Part shown: positions 1-12,147 of the stretch, in pieces
How positions within the stretch are numbered: position 1 is the first letter of the stretch
Layout of the letters: the number at the start of each line of letters is the position of its first letter
Assembly: GCF_001194135.2 (NCBI RefSeq)
Contig: NC_068981.1
Location: 62,370,973-62,434,972 of the forward strand
DNA: 64,000 bases
Origin: Octopus bimaculoides
Taxonomy: Eukaryota
Direction: 5' to 3'
Program-made: the position numbers and the translations under genes
Notes under the pieces: generated by a model
Databases searched by the model: none
What the model was told of the DNA's origin: nothing
The model's input: the letters and a program-made list of their open reading frames with translations, nothing else

Positions 1-154
1 ATATACCAAAATTAATTATACAAAGTTGTACTTCACTCACATCCTCATATTTGTTCTTATTCTTACTGCTACTCTTTTTCTGCCCTTTTTAAAAAAGCCA
101 AACCCACTGTACCTATTGTTAACTGTTTCTTACATGTATTAACCCTCCCAACCA

Positions 155-290
155 CTTATACCCTCTGACGAAGCCTAGAGGCACATTCATCATCCAAACT
201 TTATCTGCCCATCCCTACAGAACACTGAAGTGATGGAGATAGCATGGAGGATTTCGTTGCTTCTTAGCAGAAACGGCTGTAAGAAACTGG
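155..290 (+). ncRNA. Hammerhead-like motif (type I, ~100-nt insert at stem II), probable PLE pLTR remnant
   Basis: CTGACGA at 165-171 and GAAAC-GGCT-GTA at 270-281 (near-palindromic stem III); 125-134 GTTTCTTACA is the exact complement of 278-287; same layout as the motif at 10147. Confidence 0.45.
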
Positions 291-1574
291 CATCTTTTGC
301 TCTTTTCTGTAATATTAGTACATGCGTATGCAATACATGGTAATATATGTGTATGCATTCATCTAATACATTCCAATACTTTAGAATAAATTGACATACT
401 AAAATGTCTACCGGCTGATGTATGTCGTTTTTATATCCTCTCCATTTTCTTATCTGTCGTATAAATTAATGGTAAACCACTTTTTTACCATAGCCCATAT
501 ATAACACTCAATTTCGAGCTTGCCACGCAATAACTAGCACTTGGGTACAAATAAATGTGTACACTACCAGCAGTATATTGGATAGGTACTATACCTTAGT
601 TGGTTGGTTTCCCAACCTCTAACTCACACATAAATATATTTATATAGATATCTATTAATACAATACTGTTTTAATCTTCTGTGATGATTTTTTGATGTAC
701 TTTTCCTGCACTTATTTTATAATATAATATAATATAATATATATACATGTGTGTGTGTATGCACACATACACATATAGAGAGAGATTGAGCGAGAGAGAG
801 AAGTGGTAGCAGTGACTCTCTTTTTGTCTTTTTTCACAGCGTATTGTACTTTAATTTACAATACTCAAATATATTTAGGGGGACCAATGACGTGTATATT
901 ATATTTGATATAATCAGTTTTTCAAACACTTTTTTGCATTTTCATAATTTATCACTTCACCATCTTATAGCAAAGCGTTAAAAATCTTATCTTAACTTTA
1001 ATAGCCTTCAGTATCAGCTTGAAAGGAAACAAATCTAGCAAAAACAAGGAAAATTATTAACAAATTTTTTTATAACATCTCATTTTCCCATTAGAACCCA
1101 AATGCTTCCTGCTATAATTCAGAATATTGCGTGACAAGAATTTCTCATATAAACACACTGCCAATAAAATTCAATACGATGTAAGAAAAAGGATGCGATG
1201 TTCACTTTGCTGTTCACAGGCACTACTTTTCGCCTACACCATTCAAATTTTGAACCTACTGCTTCAGCATGTTTTTGAAAGTCTACAAGAAAATATGATA
1301 AGGGAACGAATATCAAGAGTTCTTTAAGGATAAAAAGTGGGGAATCTGTTCTGTTAAGGCGCTCAGAAATGAATGGCTTAGAGTTACGAAGAAGAGACGT
1401 AATGCTTAAATACATCCCGGATGAAAGGTTTAGCAACGTGTTTTTTTTCCAGGGGAGTAAGGAGTGCCGTAGCTATAGCACGCGGAGAAGACTTGTGAAA
1501 CAAATGTATATTGGTTTAAAGTGTATAATGGTGAACCAGTCCATTATTGCTGCAGTCAGATAACCTGGTGATTA

Positions 1575-1660
1575 TTCCATCATCTGTTGTTGTTGCTTTT
1601 TTTGGCCGAACTGCTAAATTACGGGGATCTAAAGAAACAAACACCGGTCGCCAATAAGAA
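1575..1660 (-). mobile_element. Decayed fragment of SINE family A
   Basis: TTTTGGCCGAACTGCTAAATTACGGGGATCTAAAGAAACAAACACCGGT resembles the reverse complement of the SINE-A 3' half (cf. 12325-12380). Confidence 0.5.
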
Positions 1661-2099
1661 GCCATCTTTGAAATAGAGTGAACAGAGATGAAGCAATATG
1701 TCAAGGGGAGCAATTTTTATTTTTTCATGAAGATCTTCATTGTTTTTGGCAAGCATACAGTTACAAGGGTTATTTCATTTTACATACTACTAGATTATAA
1801 AGATTAAGCAGTAATGTGTGAATGAGTGTATATGCATATATTTTATGCTCTAACATCACATTTTCTCTCTTGTTATATATATATATGTATATATANNNNN
1901 NNNNNNNNNNNNNNNNNNNNNNNNNNNNNNNNNNNNNNNNNNNNNNNNNNNNNNNNNNNNNNNNNNNNNNNNNNNNNNNNNNNNNAGTATCAATGGTAAT
2001 TTACACCTAAAAATTGTGGTTGGCATACAGATATAACATTTTTTTGTACATGCTGAAATTCCATAATTAAATAAAATAATTCAGTCCACTAGAAAATGA

Positions 2100-3620
2100 A
2101 GGATAAAGTAATTACCAAGATATGAATACTTTCTCCATAAGATTCATGTCGGACCTCTCATGACTCAGGTTTGAATATGAATAGGTGTCCAGGAGTCAAA
2201 TAATTAAGTGACAATTAGTAATACTATAAAAACGATTTGGTGTGTAGTTCTGGTTTGTATTTTTACCTTTTTTTACCTTTTTTCTGATTGCTTTTATTTT
2301 TATTTGTGACGTGCACTATATATTCAAGTTAAGTTCTGGTTTGCATTTTTCAATAAATGTAGCCTCTTTATTTAGCCCTTGTTCATTTGAGGTCCTTTCC
2401 GTTCATTGGTATAGTGGCAATATTGTGAATTGTGATTGGCGTTCCTTAGCACATCTCTCTATATGACAACTGAGTGGTATTTGACGGTATTTGGCAGAAT
2501 CGTTACCACGCCGAGCGAAATGCTTAGCGGTATTTCGTCTGCCGTTACGTTCTGAGTTCAAATTCCGCCGAGGTCGACTTTGCCTTTCATCCTTTCGGGG
2601 TCGATAAATTAAGTACCAGTTACGCACTGGGGTCGATGTAATCAACTTAATCCGTTCGTCTGTTCTTGTTTGTTCCCTCTATGTTTAGCCCCTTGTGGGC
2701 AATAACGAAATAGGTATTGGGTGGTATATTTGTTGTCTATGTAGCGTTGATCCTATATAGTTCTTACTGCAGCTGGAACATGTTATTGCGTATATGAGAT
2801 TTTCAGAGGCGCATGTGAAGTCAGTTATAATTTCAAACATTTGTCCCTGTTTAGACTGGAATTCTAAGCCGTCAGTTACGTTGGGACATGTTCCACAGTT
2901 CGGTCGTCCACATTTTGTAACTCGCTTCCGTTATTTTTGGTATAGTTTTGAATTTGTGAGTATACGCTTTAGTGGTTTTCGTTGTGTGCTGCTTTTAATA
3001 ATTTTATGTGTGTAGAGAATTTCATACAGCTTAGGATCCTTATCTAGCATTGGAAGATTTTTGGATAGTAGTGTTATCTGTTTCTGGGGTTGTAGGTGGA
3101 AATATAATTTTATATTTTTGGAGTCACTGTGTTGTTTGGTTTGACTTCTCTTAGTGTTTATATATTAATTCTTTTTGCACGTTTTATCTCAACACGTATA
3201 AACGAAGTTGGGTCGTGTCTGGCAACGAGTATGTTTTTAAGTTCTTCTAGAATAAGCTTTCTGGTGTTTTTTCCGACACTATTCTGCAGATTCTTCTCGC
3301 TAAGTTCAATGAGATGTTTATTTAAATATGACTCTGGTGGCATGAGGTAAATAATAAATATAGTTTAGAGTTTGTAGTCTTGTGAAATATGTCGGTTTCT
3401 ATCTCTTTATTTGCTTTTATTATTATTATATTTAGAAAAGGCAGTTCCTTTTTGCTGTGTTCCATTGTGAATTGTAAATTTGTATTTATGCTATAGAAAA
3501 GTCATTTGAATTCCAAAAGCTTCTCCATGTTCTCATTCCAAAGAATGAAACTATTACTCAAATATATTTCCAATTTTCCTGTATGTATTGGGAAAGGGGA
3601 TTTCTGAATTTCGTGATCGA
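2100..3620 (-). mobile_element. 5'-truncated Penelope-like element (RT C-terminus + GIY-YIG endonuclease, Neptune/Nematis-type), decayed
   Basis: Minus-strand translation across stops and frameshifts: ...FILWNENMEKLLEF..SINTNLQFTMEHSKKELPFLNIII..IETDIFHKTTNSKLYLLFTSCH (RT); KCGRPNCGTC linker; FTCASENLIYAITCSSCSKNYIGST (GIY-YIG with internal CxxC); QQIYHPQYRQIPLSCHI; NKEATFIEKCKPELNLNI* ending 2316. Confidence 0.85.
2492..2712 (+). mobile_element. SINE family B inserted into the PLE endonuclease domain
   Basis: TGGCAGAATCGTTA...TTCTGAGTTCAAATTCCGCCGAGGTCGAC (B-box-like); homologous to 19701-19890; 6-bp TSD GGTATT at 2486-2491 and 2713-2718. Confidence 0.85.
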
Positions 3621-3633
3621 CTCCTGATATACA

Positions 3634-3975
3634 GAAAGGACCTCAAATCAACGATGACTAAATAAAATGGCTACATTTATTGAAAACTACAAGCATGAAT
3701 ATATAATGGAATTCACATATGAAAGAACTAACGAGAAGGAAAGGAAAAACAGATTTATCTCCCCTTAGCTAAGAGATATTATATCTATTAAATATCTCTA
3801 TAACTAAAAACATTATATTCATTGATTATCCCCCTTGAGCTATATTCTCCTGTATAACCGCAAAACTGTATCAGTATCATACCAGCTTCGTCGCAAGATT
3901 AAATCAAAAACTTATAATGATTTTTTTTTAAATAGAGTCATGATTAGCAAAGCGAAACCGGTCGACTCTGTACAT
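3634..3975 (+). mobile_element. Inverted copy of the 3' end/pLTR of the PLE at 2100-3620
   Basis: 3634-3700 (GAAAGGACCTCAAAT..CTAAATAAA..GGCTACATTTATTGAAAA) matches the reverse complement of 2335-2402; ends in an HHR-like motif at 3934-3969. Confidence 0.65.
3934..3969 (+). ncRNA. Minimal hammerhead-like variant with shortened core
   Basis: AGAGTC-ATGA-TTA-GC-AAA-GC-GAAAC-CG-GTC-GACTCT: perfect 6-bp stem I, palindromic ACCGGT stem III, GUC triplet, but no full CUGANGA. Confidence 0.45.
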
Positions 3976-4052
3976 ATTGTCATGGATTAAATGATCTTTA
4001 TCTACACAAACAAGATTGCTGTGGTTTCTCACCTTAAATCTTATTTAAATAT

Positions 4053-4087
<35 letters not shown>

Positions 4088-4118
4088 CATACATACATAC
4101 ATACATACATACATACAT
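4053..4118 (+). repeat. Compound (ATAG)n(ACAT)n microsatellite
   Basis: Direct reading. Confidence 0.95.
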
Positions 4119-4709
4119 GTTATACTCATATGTCTATGGTGAGTTATTTTATTACCAAGATTGTTTATTATATTTATGTGCACATGAATGAATATGCCTG
4201 TATCAGTATACATATGCAATAAGTATGCCTCAACATCTAAGCTTTGCATAAAATGTTTTACACTAGTAAATATACGCTTATGTTACGTGTGAATATTTAA
4301 CCGTGTTTATATGTGAATATGCACACGTACGCTTGCGGGAATATATGAGAGCGTGGTTTTTGTGCTTATGCAGTGCAGTGTCTAAATGTGTCTGAGTATA
4401 CACAACCGTAGAATATGAGTAAAAATTTAGTTACAGGTTATCGAATGGGATGACATCCGTCTCATAAAGATAAAATAAGTCATGAATTATTCGTTCTGCC
4501 AATTAACCTCACATCATATCTTGACATCCGAACGGAAAACATGCACCGCACCGATAATATGTCCATTTAATTCTTGGCTAATAATGCGGGCAATCATAAT
4601 TTTAACAAATTCGTGACAACCATTTTTGTATGCACACACATACACAAATACATATATAAAGCTATATCATGTGTGTGTATATGTGTGTGCATACATTAGG
4701 AACGCCGCC

Positions 4710-4770
<61 letters not shown>

Positions 4771-6233
4771 TCATATTAGTATCATTATAAACTAGTAAAT
4801 ATGTAAATTGAAGTCTGGAAATTACGGAGAATGTGAAGGGGAAGAATCGTGTGTATAAAAATAAAATGTATTTTAAAGCAAAATTTTGATTTTGTAATGG
4901 GTATGAATGTTGATTATAGCTGTAGGTGTTACATGAAATGGAATTTGTAATTGCAAAGCACTTGCATATTTTTATAGAAATTTTTGCAGAAATTTATTTG
5001 GTCAAAATATTTATAGCTAAGATCTAAAAGGTGCGGTACCGAATCCTGTATGAAATGTGGAGATTTAAATGCAAGCTTAATGTCTAAAATATAGAAGCAC
5101 AAGAAATGTAAGTAGATGTGTTTTGAAATCGGTATAAGAGCTGCAGTTAACTACATAGAATGTTTTTAGTAAATAAGATCAAATCGTTTATACGGAAAGT
5201 CATGGAATGCGTGTAAAAAAAGAGAAATGCTTCTTTTGAGGGTGAATCTGTAAAAGTTGATTATTAAGAGTATCCGTAACTTGTTATAGTAATAATGGTT
5301 ATATGGAAACTGATAACACTAGATTTAGCCTTTTTCTTCTTTATTTGCAGTGTGACAAGTAGAATATGTTCCTAAAACTTACTGTCATGATAAGGTGAAA
5401 TAATGTCTAGTCCCCATGTGTTACCGCTGTTTAAGTTTGTAGAATTGTAAGGGAGAACTTTAGAAATACGTTAATATGTAAAGAGTGTTCTACATAATCG
5501 TGTTTATGATATTAGAAAATGTTATATATGATAGAATGTTAGATTTTAACTATGGCCAACATATAAACTGAATCATTTTTCACCTAACTTTAACGCGAAA
5601 ACAGACATTTACAACCTAAACAACTTTATCATCGTATTGTTTAGGTCGATGTAGCGTGTACTACACAACAGTCTTTACTTTCAATGTATTTCTTTTTCCT
5701 GAAACAGAGTTGCTGCTTATATCATCTTCCACTTAATTGTTGATGTCTCCAGTTTTATTGTGCTTCGACAATAAAATGGTGAAAATGGTGCAATAATTTT
5801 GGCATGAAGACAGCTGCATAAACCATGGTGGTCGTTAGATCTTTGCTCTTAATGTTAAAGTCACAATCACCAAATTCTCCAAATAATGATTTGGCAGATG
5901 TTCTTTGTTCAGCATCATTTTCAGAAGCATATTTGGGAAGCTGATTTACATGTAAGGAAAATAGTTCAATTTAAAAGGCAGAAGCTTCACAGATAAAGAT
6001 ATTAAAATTAGTGAGATTGATCTTTCGAAGAAGTTGGACGAGGAGTTTAGACTTCTTGGCATTCACTATTATGTCCAACGAAGAATTCGTTGAATGTTTT
6101 CTGGAGTTCCTGATATATTTGATAGAGCGCAGTATTGTCATTTGCTAATTAAAACTGAGACGCGTTGATTGCTAGTAAGCTGGCGAGGCCAAAATCACGC
6201 TGTATTTAATAGTCCGCGGTGAAAACGATACCA

Positions 6234-7390
6234 TACGTGGGGGTGCCTAAAAGGCATCGGTTAAGGCGTGTTTTCCACTGTTCGAAGCAGTTCTTGGACT
6301 CTCGCGAAGTGGTGCCTTGTAACACCTCCGTTGTATTTTCCTCCACCTCTTCCACATCTACAAAACGGTTTCAATTAAGGACTTTTTTTGTTCGGGGGAA
6401 CAAAAAGAAGTCCCAGGGAGCATGCCTTTTTGGTCAAAAGTTGTCTCACATTCAAAGTTATGTGCACTGGCACATTGTCGTGATGAAATCATCACCTTCC
6501 CTTTTGCCACAGGTCGGGGCGTTTTCGTCTCATCGTGCCTGGCCAACGCTTCGGAACTGCCAAGTAAAATATCTGGTTAACACTTTTACCTGGAAGAATA
6601 AATTTTGTGTGGATAATTCCCTCGGCATCGATGTAACATATCTGCATCATCTTGACATTGGATTTCATTTGACGTGCGTTTTTAGGGCGTGGTGACCTCG
6701 AATGCTTCCATTGACTTGATTGCTTCTTCGTTTCCGACTCGTTACGTAGCACCAGCTTTCGTCACCAGTGATGACCTTCGAAAAAGTGTTCGTATCAACT
6801 TCCAACTGTTCTTTCAGATCACGCATTCAGTGGTGACTGCTTTTGATTTTCCGTGAGCATGCGAAACACAAATTTTGCTGCAACTCTTTTCATTCGCAAT
6901 TCCTCGTTCAAATTTTGTGGGCAGCAGCTCCAGTATACATCGGTCATATCAACAAGTTTATCAATTGTTCGGCGACGGTATTCCAAATCAGTTCATGAAT
7001 TTTCTTAATGTTTTCATATATTCGGAAGGTCGACGGTCGCCCTGAACGAAATTTGTTTTCAAGCGACAAGTGACCATTCTTAAAGCGTGAAGACCACTCG
7101 TAAACTTATGTTTTTCTCATCGCAGTGTCCTTGTAAGCTGTTTGAATCATGAGAACTGTTTCGGTCGCCGTATTCCCCAGCCGGAAGCACGCTGTACTTT
7201 CGTTTCAGTCATTGCAAAAATCAATGAACAGTGGAGAAGCACGACAAAAGAAAGACGCACCACGTGGCAGTAGGATACAACACGGAGACGCCGGTCGGCA
7301 GACTGATGCCTGAGGATTGCCTCAAGTGGCTACTAGCGACAAAAGCCTGAACTACAATAGTAGTTATGGAATAAGTTTGAAATAATCGTA
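6234..7390 (-). mobile_element. Decayed mariner transposon
   Basis: Minus strand: TATETVLMIQTAYKDTAM..VYEWSSRFKNGHLSLEN..RSGRPST (HTH); catalytic-domain remnants; C-terminal FEQWKTRLNRCL running into TIR-like TACGTGGGGGTGCCTAAAAG at 6234; right end approximate. Confidence 0.8.
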
Positions 7391-8734
7391 GGCATGTGTA
7401 CCAACAATAATGTAGATGCGAGAACGCAACCCAATTTTATTTCAACCGGGAATAGTTAAGAAAATGTGTTCTCCTAAATTACAAAACCTGATGCCCCATC
7501 AAACAGCGCAGGAACCAGTGAGATGAAGTTATTTAGGCAACTAAGATGTTGAAGAACTCTTCACCTGGCATCTCATGTTCCACCGTCAAAAGCACTGTCT
7601 AAGTCGCAGTAAGTGAAAGGAGATTGAATTTTCTTGTTCTGTGTTTTGCTGTTGTAGGTGTCTTCCACAGACACTTAGTGCAACTGAACCGCGATAGTCA
7701 TGAAAGCTAGTGTTATTTAGAAAGACGTTCGAGATTTTTAGAAATATTTTTCTGGTGACGTAGTGCAATGAAATTTTATGGTAGTTACGAAAGAATCATG
7801 ACCTCTTTTTTTTAATACGGTTTCTTGAAATCCATTTGGGATTCGACAGTCTTTCATAACTTCAGGATCAGAGGAAAAGCTTGGTTTTGAGACGTAACTT
7901 CTAATTTCCAGTTAATTTGAAATAAGAAATATGTGGCACTGAAGATGGAGAATTCATACCATATTTGGATTTCAAAACTCTCAGAATGTTGGCCGTACAT
8001 TGATTCGTAGTTGTTCAGGATAATGTGAGGAAGTTCTCAATAAAACTTCTATCGATTTAGCTGCAACACACGGTGTTGTTTTCAACATTCGAGGATATCT
8101 TCTAGGACATGAGATCGTAGTTATCTAGATAACTTTGAAGTTGTATCGGTTTGTGCTTCTATTTACAGTTTTCTATTTCGCTGAGTTTCTTTTGAAACCT
8201 ATGTTTCAATAATATAGCGAGATAGTTAAGTCTTGATCGTTGACCGCCGATAAATTATCTTTTCATGAAAAGATACCAATCTTACCTTGCCATTTAGAAC
8301 ACGTGTTTCGTGAAGTATTTCCACTTTTATGTATACTGATATTCATAAATAATCAATTTCTTGTCGTACCTTCAACAAAATGATCAAGATATTCTAGATT
8401 TTACATAAACTTTCCATTCATTAATAATCGTTCCGCAGCTATTTCCTACGCGTAACAAATATATTCAAGATTAATATATTCATTCGCGTAGTATTTAATC
8501 CTCAGCCTAGATCGACCCGGCACTCCACCGTGCCCATGCCATCAACCGCACCGCAGCACTCCTATCGTCTTCACGTACTTCCACCGACCGTATCCACTAT
8601 TTTTCACCTACCACCAGTCCAACCTCCCTCTAATATACAATCTCACCCACAAATTCTGCGTTCCTTCTTAGTTGCAGCCAGTTTTTCAATCTGAGAGGAA
8701 GTAATCTCTGTCTTTCTTCAACTTCTCTTCTTTT

Positions 8735-8775
8735 GTACCTCCTGACGAAGGATTGAATCCAAAACGTTGGATATT
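8735..8775 (+). ncRNA. Degenerate minimal hammerhead motif
   Basis: CTGACGA (8742-8748)-A-GGAT-TGA-ATCC-AAAAC-GTT; G12 appears mutated to A (CpG-type change); palindromic AACGTT. Confidence 0.4.
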
Positions 8776-8982
8776 CCACTCCTCATGGGAAGTTTACTAT
8801 ACCCTTTTCACAGTTTTCTATATTTTTTCAGGTCTTGCCGACGCAGAGCTACACAAGTTTCCTAGTATTTTCCATATATATATATATACATATATNNNNN
8901 NNNNNNNNNNNNNNNNNNNNNNNNNNNNNNNNNNNNNNNNNNNNNNNNNNNNNNNNNNNNNNNNNNNNNNNNNNATATATAT

Positions 8983-9088
8983 AGGCGCAGGAGTGTGGTA
9001 AGTAGCTTGCTTACCAACCACATGGTTGGTGAGTGGATTTGGTAAACGGAAACTGAAAGAAGCCCGTCGTATATATATATGTGTGTCT

Positions 9089-9125
<37 letters not shown>

Positions 9126-9335
9126 TGTGTTTGTCCCCCCAACATCGCTTGGCAACCGATGCTGGTGTGTTTACGTCCCTGTAACCTAGCGGTTCACCAA
9201 CCGAGACCGATAGAATAAGTACTAGGCTTACAAAGAATAAGTCCTGGGGCCGATTTACTTGACTAAAGGCGGTGCTCCAGCATGGCCGCAGTCAAATTAC
9301 TGGAAAAAATAAAAAAGTAAAAGAGTAAAGAGTAA
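8983..9335 (+). mobile_element. SINE family A (tRNA-like head, internal (TA)(TG) microsatellite), internal deletion
   Basis: GTGTGGTAAGTAGCTTGCTTACCAACCACATGG...GAAAGAAGCCCGTCG...GGCGGTGCTCCAGCATGGCCGCAGTCAAA tail; homologous to 12148, 30043 and 49700. Confidence 0.9.
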
Positions 9336-10129
9336 TATACATATATATAAAGGTTAGCAGAGTTAGCGGTTGGAATGTCCGTCTAACGGATAGAAATATC
9401 CGTTTTTACTACCGGCATAAATTACCTGCGTTAATCCTAGGCATGGATAGGCAAGCATACTATGCTCATAGGAAACAGGCAATAACAAAGTAAACAAGAC
9501 TTTATCAGGAATCAAATTTAAATTAAACAGAAAATGGAGAAAATCCTTGATCAACAAACAAATTGACGACCATCGATTTTTTTTTTTTTTTTAATACAAA
9601 ACTTAACATTTCTAACAGCCGTTGATATGCTATTTCTCCATACTTGTACTTTTTATTTTTATTTTTATCTTTATATCTACCCCTATAACGGTCTCAGCTT
9701 GCCCTTGGTTTTTAAATTTAACTGACCAATTATATTGTTGGTGGAACTTTGGTCAATCCCATTACGGAAAACAGGTGGTTAGTCTTTAAAATATATCAGT
9801 AAGTATATTAATGTATTAATGCAATAAATTTATGGGCATGTTATTTGGATAAATATTAATTAGTACTATTTACGAATTCTTAAGTATTATTCTTTCTAGA
9901 CCTATAGGCGAATCCCGTTATACTGAAGTACTTGTTATATTTCTATTATTATTTATACACTCTGGTGCCCCTCAAGAAAGATTAATCCACCAGTTAATTT
10001 CCTAGTTTAATCATTTGTTTATCGAATTCATGCGTTACACTGCAAAATGGTATGATTCAAATATATCAAGCCATCTTTCCTCATCTCGAGACCCTGTTTC
10101 TTTTCTCCTCTCTTCTCTTCTTTTATTTT

Positions 10130-10262
10130 ATGTATTTCTTTTCACCCTGATGAAGCTCCATCTACCAGATCTGATGTGCCATAGAATATGACGAATATTA
10201 TCCTCAGAATTGTATTTGGGAGCGCTGGCAGACATTGGAAGGAGAAACGGCTGTTAGAAATG
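10130..10262 (+). ncRNA. Hammerhead-like motif (type I, ~90-nt insert at stem II)
   Basis: CTGATGA 10147-10153 and GAAAC-GGCT-GTT-AGAAAT from 10244; upstream ATTTCT can pair with AGAAAT; parallels the motif at 165. Confidence 0.45.
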
Positions 10263-10610
10263 TTAAGTTTTGTATTTTAAAAAAAATAATAATAATCGAT
10301 GGTAGTCAATTTGTTTGTTGATCAAGAATTTTCTCTATATCCTGCTTAGTTTAAATTTATATATTTGACCCCTCCTCAGTTGCCGCTTTATTTAGAGCTT
10401 TCAACTACAATATAGGAAAACTTCATAAAACAGCAACATTCAGAAATTTTAGAAGTATACAATTTCTGGAGAGTTAGAGCTTCGAACGAATAAACAACGA
10501 CAGGGTACACGTGCAGAGTATACAATCGTCGAAGACAAACATTAAGGACCGTGAAGCCAAGACGCAATGTAATGTGTAACGCCTGGGAGAATATATATAT
10601 ATATATATAT

Positions 10611-10922
10611 TCTTTTATTCTTTTATTATTTTGCTTGTTTCAGCCATGCGGCCGCGGTCGTGCTGGAGCATCACCATGGTCTATCTGACTTCTTCAGTCT
10701 GGGTGTTTCACATCATCGCTCTTGCATGTGCCTTTTTTCCAGGTGTTGGTACATTTGGTGTATAATTGAGTTTCATTCTGCTGCCCTCGTCTGTACCTCA
10801 TGTCGGGCTGTTGGCTCATCCGGTATTGTGAAAAGGATGCCCAGTTCCCTTTTGAAGACATCCACCTCCACACTATGCAAATTTCTCAGTTTTTATGGCA
10901 GGGCATTGACGAGCTGTGGGTC
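10611..10922 (-). mobile_element. 3' end of a CR1-type LINE with SINE-A-like tail
   Basis: Minus: PQLVNALP*KLRNLHSVEVDVFKREL..IPDEPTARHEVQTRAAE*NSIIHQ (parallels the 57810-58079 ORF), then GGTGATGCTCCAGCACGACCGCGGCCGCATGGCTGAAACAAGCAAAATAATAAAAGAATAAAAGA. Confidence 0.8.
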
Positions 10923-11066
10923 ATATATATGTATATATATATATATATATATATAAGGGTATAACTATACAAGAATGCCTCACGTTAACTACCGTAATAA
11001 AATCATTTTTACCGAATGCGAGGAAATGCACCCTTCAAGGAAGCTAGCCTTTTAAAAACAGACTGA

Positions 11067-11128
11067 ACAATAGATAGCCGATTTCGTGATCACTATAGTA
11101 ATATATAATCTTCACTCGTCAGTATAGT
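11067..11128 (-). ncRNA. Type I hammerhead ribozyme motif with canonical core
   Basis: Minus: ACTATA-CTGACGA-GTGA-(22 nt)-TCAC-GAAA-TCGGCT-ATC-TATTGT; perfect G10.1-C11.1 stem II, AUC triplet, 5/6-bp stem I. Confidence 0.6.
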
Positions 11129-11256
11129 ATAGTCAAGACATAGAAATAAACAAAAAATCAACATACCAAACGAAAACCTCATGTATTCTGGACAGCACAT
11201 AGATTGTTTATCCCTATATATTTATGAAAAAGGCGGGCTAGGAATGAACAATATTT

Positions 11257-11306
11257 ATCAGGGTGTCTAGACAGGATCCTGTCCTATCCTGTCTAGACAC
11301 CCTGAT
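11257..11306. repeat. Perfect 21-bp inverted repeat with 8-nt spacer
   Basis: ATCAGGGTGTCTAGACAGGAT (11257-11277) and its exact reverse complement (11286-11306). Confidence 0.95.
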
Positions 11307-12147
11307 GGCGCATCGTTACGGCAAATACATGAGTCAGTCCGCATAACGGAAACACGACCAATTTTGAATAGCAAGTACACGTAGATAAAAGCCTTCCAAT
11401 TACCCATGGTTGCAGACGTTGTTCACACACAAAATACAGAACGTGAACGTAAATAAATAAAAAAAAGTTGCATTTACGAAGAAAACAGAAAATAACAGAA
11501 AGTAAACCAAAACCAAGTCCAAAGTCTGTATATTATCTGATATGAATGAAATTTAACAAACACACATACTTACATATAAGCACCAACACATACGTGAGTG
11601 CACACATACGAGCGTGCACACATACGAACGTGCACACACTCACATGCTCATACCGGACAATTTCAAAACAACGCTAAATCATACATCAAAATAAAATAAA
11701 TGGAAGTGGAGAGAGAAGTTACTGAAGAGATTGCAAGAGTGCAATGAAATGATTTAACAAAAAAAAAAAGCGAAAAACGAAAAACTAAATACTGTTTATA
11801 AATTAATACAGGACTGAACCAGTGCGTGTGTTTATTACCGGCATAATGCCTCTCCCAAGGTTTAATCGTATTTCTTTCAACACACGTATCCACATCAAGA
11901 ATCTTGCACACAAAATACACATACGAAATATAATGGCATAATTACCCACGATAAATTTACCGAATATTCCAGAAGAATACTTTTCTGTAACATATATACA
12001 ATTTACCGCTATACACTACCAGAAAAAAAAATGAAATTATAAAAATATTTTTCTATAAAATCTTGAAAAATTTGTACCATGTGCCAAAATAGTTTTAATT
12101 TCTATCAAATTATCTCATTTAATATGACATATTCTCATAACTAGTAA

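Noticed and set aside
4990-5100. GDLNA motif suggesting an APE endonuclease remnant
   Set aside because: A single short motif with no supporting flanking homology.
5700-6170. Protein-like minus-strand stretch (LPKYASENDAEQRTSAKSLFGEF...)
   Set aside because: No recognisable motif, interrupted frames and weak splice signals.
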